A model generated the notes under the pieces. The model had not been told where the DNA came from. It saw only the letters and a program-made list of their open reading frames with translations, and ran no database searches. Below are positions 23,345 through 35,800 of a DNA stretch of 64,000 bases, piece by piece (the first letter of the stretch is position 1; each line of letters opens with the position of its first letter). Where the stretch lies: positions 21,780,755 to 21,844,754 of the forward strand of contig NC_083447.1 in NCBI RefSeq assembly GCF_020745735.1, given 5' to 3'. The position numbers were made by a program, and so were the translations under genes. The DNA comes from Hemiscyllium ocellatum (taxonomy: Eukaryota).

Positions 23345-23940
23345 AACTTGCCTTTCAGTCAGGGCATAGATTATCAGAGGAAGGAGGTTACGTTGGAGTT
23401 GTATAAAACTTACCCTCAGACACAGCTGGAATGCTCTATGCAGTTCTAGTCACGATAGGAAGGAAGTAATTGCACTTGGGGCTGCAGAAGAGATTCACCA
23501 GGTTGTGGCCTGGAAAGGAGCAGTTCAATTAGTTAAAATGGGTTGTTTTATTTGGAGCAGAGAAGGCTGAGAGAGAACCTGACTCAGTTGAATCAAACTA
23601 TGAGCGACATGGACAGGGTGGATAGTTAGCAGCTGTTCCCCTTTGTTGAAGGGTGAGTAACAAGGAGACATAGCTTTAAGGTAAAGGACAAGAAGTTTGG
23701 AGAGGATTTGAAGAAAAGATTTACCATCTGGTGTGGAAATGTGGAATGTACTATCTCGGAGGATAGTTGAGGAAGAAAACCTCACAATCTTTAAAGAATA
23801 TTTGGATAACCACTTAAATTATCAGAATATTCAAGATTATGGACTAGCTGCAGAAAAATGGGACTCACATAAATTTAGAGTAGTTTTTGTTGGTGAGTCT
23901 TAATAGACTGAAGGACCTCTTCTGTCCTATATGATTCTAT
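23345..23940 (+). mobile_element. Older CR1 3' fragment
   Basis: LYKTYPQTQLECSMQF-like segment and a 3' UTR ending ATGATTCTATGAT. Confidence 0.6.
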
Positions 23941-25479
23941 GATCACACCTTGGCCTAACTGTCTAATCCTCTTGCACTTTATGCTCCTTTCAGCATCTTG
24001 CCTTGTTCCACTCTCCTCCACTCTTTTTCTCACTCTTCGTTCTCTGCTGCTCTTACAGATACCTTTTACTATAAAGGTCCCTATTCTCTAATCTTCCCTA
24101 AATCTCTCACTCCATGTAAACCTCCCAATCCGTGTTGGTTCTCTTTGTCATCTCACACTACTCTCTGTGTTTCAATCACAGATAAAGGCATCTGTGCTCA
24201 AATATTCACGCCTTTCTCCATTCACAATTCCCTTCTGCACCTCAATAGTACTTTGTATATCTGTAACTGGAAACAAATATATAATTCATTTTCAACTGGT
24301 AGTACAGAACATGGATATTACTGAAAAAATATGTTTTGTTGAAAGTTTGCACCTTGCACCCATGAGGACAATTTGCAAGAAATAAAAAAAAATGGAAAAC
24401 AGAATTTATACTCTACGCTGATTGTTTGGGAATAGGACTCGGGTGTAGAAGCATTGCCATGGAGAATGCAACAATTGATGTCATCTCTGCCACACCCATC
24501 CTGCCACTAACCTCAACGGCCTAGTATTTTATTTTTCTTCCTTGTCCTATTTCCAAACTCACATTTTCGTTGTGTCCTCATGCTCTGTTTGTTCAAATGA
24601 ATTATTCTTATCCTCTTGCTCCTCTTCCCACTAAGTTGCTGATCAACCATCTTTTCCTCCTAGGTCACCAATTTTAGCTGTTGTAATAAATGGATTTCTC
24701 TCTTCCAGTGTTGCCAGTCTCTCCTTTAAATCTACCATCATCGTCTCTTTTCTTCAAAAAATCAATCCTTGAGCTCTCTGTTCATGCACATCCAATCTCA
24801 CATTCTTCTCCAATGTTCTTCAGCATATTATGTCTTCCAAATCCATTACTGTATTTCTTGGAGCTCTGTTATTGAATTCATCCAATCGGGTTTGGTATGA
24901 CACAGAAATTCTTCTTATCAAAGTCATAACTGACATCCTATGGTAAATATCCTATGGGGGGGTAAATTTTCCCTCCTGTGTTTCTCAATCATCTGCAGCT
25001 TTTGCTCCAGTCAATGACACTATCCCCCTCCAGTACCTCTCCTCTGTTGTCCAGTTGGGTGGGACTACTGTCACTTGGCTCCATTCTAAACTACTACTCA
25101 TAGTTACCTACAACCTAAAAATCTTTCAGTCTCACTGGAACCAATGTCATCTGAGGCACAGTGTTAGTTTTCTCATGTATGCAGATACTCTCACCAACAT
25201 CTCTCTTGACTGCTCCAATTTTGTAATTTTAAGACTACTTATCAAACATTCAGTTCTGGATGAGCAGAAATTTCATCACTTAGATGTTAATAAGATTCAA
25301 TTTATTGTTTTTACTCACTTCTCTGTTCCTTGGGTACTGAATCTATCCCTGATAACAGTCCGAGATTGAGCTAGCCTTTTTACCTTTGATTCTGAGAAAA
25401 GTTTCTGACCTCAAATTCAGGACATTGCTAAGACACTCTTTTTCATTTTGAAAACCCATATTTTTCTCCCTAAATTTCT

Positions 25480-25740
25480 ATTTCTCTCCACTTGCCTGCA
25501 TGTGCATCTTTCTCTTTCTGTCTGTATATAACTGTGTATCTCTCATTCTCTGTTTTGCCTTCCAAATATATCTCTAGCTAGATGTGTTTGTATATCTTTG
25601 TGTGAATTTGTTTATCCATTTGTTCCACTATATCCTCCTCTCTATATATCTCTATCCCTCTCTTTATATCTCTACCCATTTCTCTGTCTTATTCTTTATG
25701 TCCCTCTCCCTATCTCATTTACTCTCTGTCTCTTAAACTT
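25480..25740. repeat. CT/TA-rich low-complexity degenerate microsatellite
   Basis: Runs of CTCT, TATATC and TCTCTATCCC downstream of the C1s 3' end. Confidence 0.6.
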
Positions 25741-26008
25741 AAACAAATAAAACATGCACACACAAGAATGGGGTGTCATCATTTTAAATGGGAAGCAGAA
25801 CTATTTCAATTCAATTAACTTCACATATGGAAAGTGAAAGAGAGAGAGATTTGAAGACAGAGATTGTGTGAGAAAGAGACTGAGAAATAGGAAGAAGGGT
25901 ATGACCTCCACAAAACAACTTGTTTCACAGAAGGAGAAAAAGAGGAACACAAAGAGACAGAAAGGGAAATGGCGAGAAAGAGGGAAATATGCAAATTCAC
26001 CATTACAC

Positions 26009-26014
26009 TTTATT
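26009..26014 (-). terminator. Likely polyadenylation signal (AATAAA) of the C1s-like gene
   Basis: AATAAA about 26 nt after the TGA stop on the coding strand. Confidence 0.55.
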
Positions 26015-26039
26015 GTGATTGATGGCACAATGGATTAAT

Positions 26040-26818
26040 TCAGTTCTCCTCACTGCTTTCATATTTCTTTATGGTTGTGTCAATCCAGTCCAGGTACTTC
26101 TCCACATGAGTATACACCCCATTAATGCCACAATTCTTGGGTCCAAAAGACACAATGCCCCTGGTCACATAACGATTCAGGTCCCGGGCCTCCTTGAACA
26201 CAAAGGGTCCCCCACTGTCACCCTGGCAGGAGTCCACACCACTTTTTCCAGCACAGATCATGTTGGAGGTGAAATTTGGCTTTGGTTCCTCATAGTTTGA
26301 ATCCGTGCAGTGGTCCATGCTGGCAATAGGTATCTCAGCATACTGCAGGAAGACAGTCTTCTGATGTCTTTCTGTTCTTCCCCACCCTGAAATGTAGCCC
26401 AGTTTGCCATGCTGCAGTGATGAAGCCTTTTTTGGGTTAGGCAGGCACACAGGGGACAATTTTCCTCCAAGTTTGACCTTCTGCTTGAGTTTAATCAGGG
26501 CAATGTCATGATTAAAGTTGGGTTGTGCTCCTTTGACTTGTTTCTTATAGTCTGGGTGCATAATGACCTCTTCCACAGGGAGTTGGTTTTCTCGTGACCT
26601 ATGTCTCATGTCAACAATCCCACCATGAATATTCACCTGATGCGAATTGTCAAAGAGATGAGCAGCCGTCAGCACCCAACCATCGGATATCAGGGCTCCA
26701 CCCCCATATGTAGATCCACCAATGATCAAACGCAGCTGCCAGGGAAAATCGCCCAACTCAGCTGGTCTGCCACCGAAGATGCGCCCAGCTTTAGAGGAGA
26801 GTCGGCTCATTCCACAGA
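26040..26818 (-). CDS. C1S: C1s-like final exon: activation site and whole serine protease domain
   Basis: Acceptor CTCTTCCCAG then (V)[12 protein letters not shown]|IFGG. Triad TAAH/HDIAL/GDSGG intact, Ser codon AGT (26214-26216), no histidine-loop cysteines (GGGALI, TAAHL), S1 Asp (VDSC), no introns. These are C1r/C1s/MASP2/3-type hallmarks. Confidence 0.95.
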
Positions 26819-29800
26819 CTGGGAAGAGATGAAAATCAGAACAGTTAATAAGTTCTCATAATCCTCTCAAATGTAAGACTTGCAAATATTAATTACCCAA
26901 AACCAAAGCCCTGACAGATGTTTGATTTGGGGACAGCAAACAGTCAGATGGTGTCAAATTAAGAGCTGCGCTACAATCCTCTCTATGTGTTGAATTAAAA
27001 TGGAACCAAAGAATATCTACTGTAAAATAAAACAAAGAAACTGCAGTTGCAAGAGATTTGAAACAATGTCTACAGTTTTGCCCATTTTAAAAAGCCATCC
27101 CCATTTAATGGGATCTAATGACCAGGCAAAATCTCTGTTGAACTCTCTGGGAAGGAAGGAGCCCCGAAAGACTTGATAACCTGTTCTGAACTTATTGTTA
27201 AGATCCTAGCTGGAGAATGATGTCTCATCCTGGGTGCTATGTTCAAAAGGGTAGGAAACTGTCCGAGATGGTATGGAAACAGATTGAGCAGATTGGTGTC
27301 GAGTGTGGTGCTGGAAATGCATAGCAGGCCAAGCAGCATCCGAGGAGCAGGAAAATCGACGTTTTGTGAAAAATCCCTTCTTGATGAAGGGCTTTTGCCT
27401 GAAACATCAATTTTCCTGCTCCTCAGATGCTGCCTGACCTGCTGTGCTTTTCCAGCATCACACTCTTGACTCTAATCTCCAGCATCTGTAGTCCTCACTT
27501 TCACCTGGGCAGATTGGTGTCAAGGACAATAAACTTATAGTTACTGCTGAGAGATTGGATAAGCCAGAATTGTTCTCCCTCGAGCTGAGAAGGTAAAGGG
27601 GAGATTTCACTCTAGTGTTCAAGATTGTTGGATTTTGAAATCAAGAAAGTAATGTCTCTGTAGCAGGAGGCTTGGTAAATAGATGAGTAGATATATGATG
27701 TTGGCAAAAGAAGCTGTAGCAGGAAGAAATACTTTGTTGGGCAATGGGGAAAGGGCAGAAGGGAGTGCTTTTAATTTAAAATTTCTACATACAAACCAGT
27801 AGAGGCACGACAGGCTGACTGGTCTCCTTGTAGGTGGTATTACTTAATGATTTCATGTTGTCTTTCTCTTAATGTATTTTGTTAAATATTTACCTGGTTT
27901 ACACTTGGGTATGGTCGTCTGATGACTCGTAACGTCCACCCATTCAGCATCAGCCGAGCATTCAAAGACAGCTGGTGGAGAGAAGAATGTAAAGGGAGAG
28001 GGCTATCTATTAGAGAGAAGGCTGCATAAAGTTACATCCTTTTTCCCAAAAGGGCTCATGGGGTCATTGCCCCTGGTCATTGTGAATGTTCTTGATTTTA
28101 ATGCACATCATTCATATTCTGTAACTATCTTCTACTTATCCTATAGCAAGTTGCTGAAGAGGCAATGCTGTAGTTTTGACTGAGTTCTGTTGCTGCAGTT
28201 TGTGGGGACTCTCCAATTTTCTTAAATTGGCCTCATGAGCACTCACTGCCTTTAAGGGTGGCAGAGGTAGAAATTTTCATAACATTTAAGAAGTATTTAG
28301 ATGTACATTTGCACACATACAACGCTATGGACCAATTGCTGGAAAATGGGATTAGAGTAGAATCATAGAACCCCAGCAGTGTGGAAGCCGGCCATTTAGC
28401 CCATTGAGTTCACACTGACTATCTGAAGAGCATCCCAACAAGACCCACACTATCGCTGTAACCCTGCATTTCCCATGGCTAATTCAGCTAGCCTGCACAT
28501 CCCTGGACACAATGGACAATTTAGCATAGCCAATCCATCAAATAGATTGGTGGTTGTTTTTGACTGGTGTGGACACAACAGGTTGAAGGGCCATTTTCCA
28601 TGCTGTAGATTTTTTTGGCTCTGTGATCCTGCATGTAGTGCGCTGTGGTGCTTAGCATAACTGATTTTTGCCAGCTCTTTCTGACAATTGCTCCTTTTTC
28701 AGACAATTTCATATGCCCCATCTTTGGAACTAATACTATCCCCAGTGTATTATGTTCTCTCCTCTTCTGTTCAGGTTTCCAACCCTTCCATTCTCATCTG
28801 AACTCTAACAACAACATGAGCAAACAGTTCCTTCAAACATTTAGGTCCCATTTGTGTTCCGGTGCACCTGGTCCCGTTTGTATTGGTTCCACCTTTCAGA
28901 GAGCCTATCCCAATGTCCAAAAAATCTGAATCCTTCCTCACTACAACATTTATTCAGTCCATTTATTCATCTGATCAATTTTCTGTAGTCAGCTTGTACA
29001 ACCTCACACCTTTTCCTTACTAATGTCATTGGTACCAATATATATGATGACCATTGGTTGCTCACCCTTGCCCTTTAGAGTGCCCTGCAGCCTCTCCATG
29101 ACATCTTTGACCTAGGTACCACACACCAACTTTGAATCTTTTTAACTGCCTCAGAATTGCCTGTTTTTCCCCTTACTAATCATCTATCACCATCACAAAA
29201 TACTTATCAATACAACCCTGCCAAAAAAAATTTTTTTTGAGGATGTAACACTGAAGATGGAGAGGGAGATTCAGTAGATGTAGTGTACCTCAACTTTCAG
29301 AAAGCTTTTGATAAAGTCCCACATGGGAGGTTAGTGAGTAAAATTAGGGTGCATGGTATTGGGGGCAAAGTACTAGATTGGATTGAAAATTGGTTGGCTG
29401 ATAGGAAACAAAGGGTAATGAGAAACGGCTCCATTTCGGAATGGCAGGCAGTGACCAGTGGGGTACTGCAGGGGTCTCTGCTGGGACCACAGCTTTTTAC
29501 AATGTATGTTAATGATATAGAAGATGGTATCAGCAATAACATTAGCAAATTTGCTGATGATCCAAAGCTGGGTGGCAGGGTGAAATGTGATGAGGATGTT
29601 AGGAGATTACAGGGTGACCTGGACAAGTTAGGTGAGTGGGCAGATGCATGGCAGATGCAGTTTAATGTGGATAAATGTATGGTTATCCACTTTGGTGGCA
29701 AGAACAGGAAAGCAGATTACTACCTCAATGGAATCAATTTAGGTAAAGGGGCAGTACAGAGAGATCTGGCTGTCCTTGTACACCAGTCAATGAAGGCCAG

Positions 29801-32800
29801 CATGCAGGTACAGCAGATAGTGAAGAAGGCTAATAGCATGCTGGCCTTCATAACAAGGGGAATTGAATATAGAAGCAAAGAGGTTCTTCTGCAGCTGTAC
29901 AGGGCCCTGGTGAAACCACACCTGGAGTACTGTGTGCAGTTCTGTTCTCCAAATTTGAGGAAAGACATTCTGGTTATTGAGGGAGTGCAGCGTAGGTTCA
30001 CAAAGTCAATTCCTGGAATGGCGGGATTACCTTACACTGAAAGACTGAAGCAACTGGGCTTGTATACCCTTGAGTTTAGAAGACTGAGAGGGGATCTGAT
30101 TGAGACATATAAGATTATGAAAGGATTGGACACTCTGGCAGCAGGAAACATGTTTCCGCTGATGGGTGAGTGCCGAACCAGAGGACACAGCTTAAAAATA
30201 TGGGGTAGACCATTTAGGACAGAGATGTGGAGAAACTTCTTCACCCAGAGAGTGATGGCTGTGTGGAATGCTCTTCCCCAGAGGGCAGTGGAGGCCCAGT
30301 CTCTGGATTCATTTAAGAAAGAGTTGGATAGAGCCCTCAAAGATAGTGGAATCAAGGATTATGGAGATAAGGCAGGAAGAGGATACTAATTAGGAATGAT
30401 CAGCCATGAGCATATTGAATGGCGGTGCAGGCTCGAAGGGCTGAATGGCCTACTCCTGCACCTAATTGTCTATTGTCAATTGTCTATTGTCTATTGTCTT
30501 CTTCCTCCTGTCTTACACAGCAATGCTACCTGTGGTTCCATGGAACTGGCTCTCACTGGTATCCCCTGAGATGACTGTGCTCCCATCCTCAACAGTATAC
30601 AAAATGGTATAAATCTTAGAGAGGGAATTGGCCACAGGGTATCCTGCACTAGCTGCCTTCTTTTACTCTGCCTGGTTGTCACTTATCCTCCTTCTGCAGT
30701 CTTTACCTGATGTGATTTGAGTACTCACTGAGCGCACTGGAAAGATAATCTCAGTATTGTGAAAGCCCCACAATGAGCCCACCCATAGCTCCAGTTCTGA
30801 AATGGGGGTAATCAGCAGCTTCAAAGCGATCCTTCCCTCACACCTCAGTCACTTACCCTACTTTATTTTCCAAAAAAGTCGACTATTCTCCAGCAGGTCC
30901 ATTTACATATTGGTTGAGAAAGCTTTCTTGAACACACTTAACAAATTCCAACACATTGAAGCCCTCAACACTATGGCAGTCTCAGTTTATGTTTGGAAAA
31001 TCAGAATCCTCTACTATTGCAACTCTTCAAGGTTAATGGAAAGATTTGTAGCTCGGATGCTGGTTATTATGGTTGTGTGTATGTTTGTCAAGCTGGGAAG
31101 TTGATTTACAGATGTTTCATCCCCTGTCTAGGTGACACCTTCAGTGCTTTGGAGCCTCCTGAGAAGTGCTGCTGTACTGCATCTTCTGGAATTTATTTGG
31201 CTTTGTTCCCGCTGCATCCGGTTGCCGGTTCTAGTTGTTCATTATAGTGGCCGGTATATTGGGTCCAGGTCAATGTGCTTGTTGACGGACTCCATGGCTG
31301 AGTGCCGTGCTTCTAGAAATTCTCTGGCTGTCCTATGTTTAGCTTGTCCTGTGATTGTTGTGTTGTCCCAGTCGAATTTGTGGTCCCTGTCATCTGTGTG
31401 TGGGGCTAATAGGGACAGCTGGTCGTGACGTTTAATGGCTAGTTGGTGTTCGTGGATGCGGATTGTTAGTTGTCTGCCTGTTTGTCCTATATATGTTTTG
31501 TGTGGTCTTTGTATGGAATCTTGTAAATTACATTTGTCTTGCACATGATGGGTACAGGATCCTTTGTCCTGATCCTTTGTCTGAGCATGGGCTGTCAGTT
31601 TATGGGCTGTCATGAATCTGATGGTTGGAGAGGTCTGGCTGTCAGTTCCAAGACATTTTTTATGTAAGGTAGTGTGATTAGTGAGTTAGGTCATGGTACG
31701 TTCTTGTGATGTTGTTTGTTTGTTAGGCATCTGCCGATGAAGTTGCGGGGAGATCCGTTCGTGGCAAATAATCCATAGAAGTGTTCTTCACCTTCCCTTT
31801 GTAGGTCAGGAGTGCTACAGTGTGTTGCCGTCCATTTGAACAGGATGCTAATACAGCTTTTCTTGTGTGTGTTTGGCTGTTTGCTGTTGTAGTTCAGCAC
31901 CTGGTCGATGTATGCAGCTTTCCTATACACTTTTGTGGTGCATTCACCATTCTGTGTTCTTTGGAACATCACATCCAGGACAGAGAGTTGGTTGTTGGTT
32001 TCCTCCTCTCTTGTAAATCTGATCCCTGTGAATATGGTGTCCACAATCTGGTGTGTGTTCTCGATTGCTGTTCTCTTAATGATGACAAATGTGTTATCTA
32101 CATACCTGATCCTGAGTTTGGGTTGGATTTGTGGTAGGGCTGTTTGTTCCAATCTTTGCACCACTGCTTCTGCTATGAGTCCAGAAACGGGTGAGCCCAC
32201 AGATAATACAACTCTATTATTCTTACAGCTATCTGTGATCTCCCTACAAAATTGCTTCTCAATTTCTTGCTGACCATTGGGGATCTTATAGTATAATCCC
32301 AGCAAAGTGATCACCTTTTTTTTTTCTCAGCTCCCTCTGTGTATCTTCACTGGAAGACCCTTCAGGGAATATCATCTCTAAATACTGCTGTGACATTTTC
32401 CGTAATCAAAAATGCCACTCCCCCTCCTCTCTTGCCGCCCCTTCTATCTTTCCTATATCATCGATACCCCTAAACTTTGAGCTTCTAGTCTTGTCCCTCC
32501 CTCAGTCATGTTTCTGCAATAGTATGATGTCCCAGTCCCACATTCCCATCCTCTTCACAGCAATGCTGACTCTGTGACTGTTGCTGACTGATGTCGGGCT
32601 TTTAGTGAGGGAGTTCTAGGACATGGATCCAGTGACAGTGAAGGACAAGTGATGGATTTCCAAGTCAGGATGATGAGTGTCTTGGAGGGGAATTGTAGGT
32701 GGTGACGTTTTCATGCAGTTGCTGTCCTTGTCCTTCCTGGTGGTTATGGGTTTGAAAGTTGCTGTTGAAAGATGATTATGAGCTGTTGTGGTTAATCCTG

Positions 32801-35800
32801 TAGATTGTACACACTGCTACCATGTGCAGTAGTGGTGGAGGAAGTTGATCTTTAAATTGATGGATGGGATGCATGTTTTCTCTGGGATGATGTTAAGCTT
32901 CTCTAGACAAGTGGAGTGTATTGTAACACACTTTGACTGGAACCTTTAGATAATGGATTCAATTTGTTCTCATCTTTGTGGGCAGGACAGACAGAGGCAA
33001 CTTTCTACATTATTTGGTGTTGTAGTTCTAAGAGGACAGCACATCTTGAGGTGTGGCTAGGTCTGGAGAACAAATATTCAGTATTATTCGTGGAATGTTG
33101 TCAATGCTCGTGACCTTTGCAAGATCCAGTGCCTTCAGCCAGTTCTTGATATTATATGAGATGAAGCAATTTGTCTGAAGATTGGCACCTGTGATGACAG
33201 GCAGCTCAGGAGGGAGGCAATATGGATCACCTACTTGACACTTCTGGCTGAAGGTTGCTTAAATGCTTCAGTCTTGCCTTTTGCTCTAATGTACTGGGCT
33301 CCCCCACTATTGAATGTGGCAATATTGGAAGAATCTCTTTCCCTTCCAGTGAGTTATTTAATTGCCCACCACCATGCAAGGACTGCAGAGCTTTGATCCG
33401 TTCTGTTGAATGTGGGATTGCTTAACTCTGGCTATCACTGTATAGCATGAAAATAGGCCTGGCTTTAGCTTCACATTATTTTAGCTCACTTTCAGGTCTG
33501 CCTCATTCTGCTCCTGGCATGCCCTATTACATTCTTCATTGCAGCTGGGTCATTCGCCTGACCCTACGGTAATGGTAGAGAAGGAAATATGCTTCACTGT
33601 GAAATTATCAATTGTAGTTGGATACAATTCTACTGCTACTAAAGGCCCACTATCCATAAGGGACACCCAGTTCTGAGTTGCGAAATGTATTTGATTCTAT
33701 CTTCGACTTGAATGTACCTTAATGACTCGACCTCAACAGCCTTCTGCAGTAAAGAGTTGTATAGATTCACTACCCTAGGAGAGGAAAAATTCCTCCTCAT
33801 CTCGATCTTAAAAAGGCCTCCTACTCTAACTTTACTGGGGATCTGGAGCTTGTTGCTTGTAAAAAGGGTCATTCCAGAAATCCTGACATCAATATTAACT
33901 GCTCCACATAAGTCCATGAAAAATAGGACAGGAGTAGGCCATTTGGCCCCGAGATCCTGCTTAGCCATTCAATGAGATCTTTGCTAATCAGATACACCTC
34001 ACATCCATTTTCCTGTTCATTCCCTGTAACCCTTGATTCCCCTGCTGATTAAGAATTTATCTTTCTCAGCCTTAAATATACACAAGGACTCTGTTCCCCA
34101 CTGCTCTGTATGGCAAGAAGTTCAAAGACTCAATACTCTGTGAGAGAAAAAAAAATCCTCCTCACCTCAACCTTAAATTGATGCGTCTTAAATCTGAGAC
34201 CATACCCTCTGGTCCTAGACCCTCCTGTGACTCTTCTCATCCTCTCAACATTTACTCTGTCAAGTCCCTTAAGAATCAGACATGTTTCAATGAGATCACC
34301 TCTCCTCCTTCTAAATTCCAATGAGCAGAGTCCCAAGTTGTTTAACCTTTGCTCACCAGGCATCACCTTCCTGAAACTTCTCTGAACTGCCTCCAATGAA
34401 ATGATATCTTCCCTCAAATAAAGGAACAAAAACTGCTCTCTGTACTCCAGCTGTGATTTCACAAACGCGTTGTACACCTTGGAGTAAGACATTCCTACTC
34501 TTAAACTCTCAACCCTGTGAAATAAGGACCAACATTCATGAACCTTCCTGATTACCTGCTGCACCTGTATACTAGCTTTCTGTGTTTTGTGCACAAGCAT
34601 TGATGTTTCATAAACTACAAGTAATGGAGTAAGTTCCAAGTCTGAAAATATGATTTAGACTGCGTGGGTGCTTGTTGGCTGCCATGAACATAATGGGTCT
34701 CACCGTTTCCTTCAAGTTTATAGTATGGTTCTTCACAGCTGTACGTATTCCAGTGTCTGTAAACTGTGGATGTGAAGTTCTCATGTCCATTTGTCAGTTT
34801 ACTGGGAGGTCCGCAGTTCACAGCTGTGAATGGGAAACAGTCGAGCAATAAGCTGCAATCAATCATGAGACATCTATCAAGGTTCTTAATTTCAATAATA
34901 ATATTTACATATTTATTTGTTTGTTCAATTTATCGTTTCACCATTTTTCCAGTCTATTTTAACCAACTCTGTGTTTGTACCTTTCTAACTGCCTTTACTT
35001 AAGTTTAAGAGACTTGTTTTAATAGGCATTTGGATGGGTATATGAATAGGAAGGGTTTGGAGGGATATGGGCCAGTTGCTGGCAGATGAGATTAGATTGG
35101 GTTGGGATGTCTGGTCAGCATGGACGGGTTGGACCAAAGGGTCTGTTTCCATGCTGTACATCTCTATGACTCTAAGGCACCAGGTTTCACAACCTCAAAT
35201 GTAACATGAAATTCTAGCTCATCATGATCACTCTTTTTTTAGAAGGTCCTTCATTAGAAGATCATGAATTAATGCTGCTAATTCATTATTACTAACAGCC
35301 TGTTTCCTGGATTGTTCCACAACATATCATCAAATCTACCTTTGTCAATTTGTTCATGCCAAGCAGTGTAAAGGCTACCATATGCTGATGGTACTTTCCT
35401 TAAAAGCTGTCACTATTTCTTGATTTGTACAAGTCCAACAATGTAGCTACAGCTGGGATATCTATATGTGAAAAAGGAGGCACAGTGGTCATGCCATTGA
35501 ATCTGGAGGCCAGGCTCTTGGGACGTGGATTCAAATCCCACCATGGTGGCTCATGTAAATAAAACTCAGTAAATGAATTTTGAATTGAAAGCTAGTCCCA
35601 ATATTGGATAGTAGTAATAACAATTAAATTATAGTCAATTATGATTAAAACTTCTCCAGTTCACTCATGGCCTTTAGGGAAAGAAATCTCTTTACCTACC
35701 TGGTCTGGCCTGCATGTCTGTCCAGACCCACAGCAATGTGATTGACTCTTATCTGCCCTCTGAACTGGCTGAGAAGCTCCTCAGTTCATGAATTGGCAAC

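Noticed and set aside
7680-25480. Short ORFs (60-110 aa) in the V-C1s interval as novel genes
   Set aside because: They are repeat-derived or antisense to repeats, or AT-rich frames with no domain motif or splice-compatible neighbours.
26040-26810. Trypsinogen (PRSS) gene of the kind that flanks mammalian TRB
   Set aside because: Single exon, AGY serine, no histidine-loop cysteines, and splices in frame to CCP, CUB and EGF exons, so it is C1r/C1s family.
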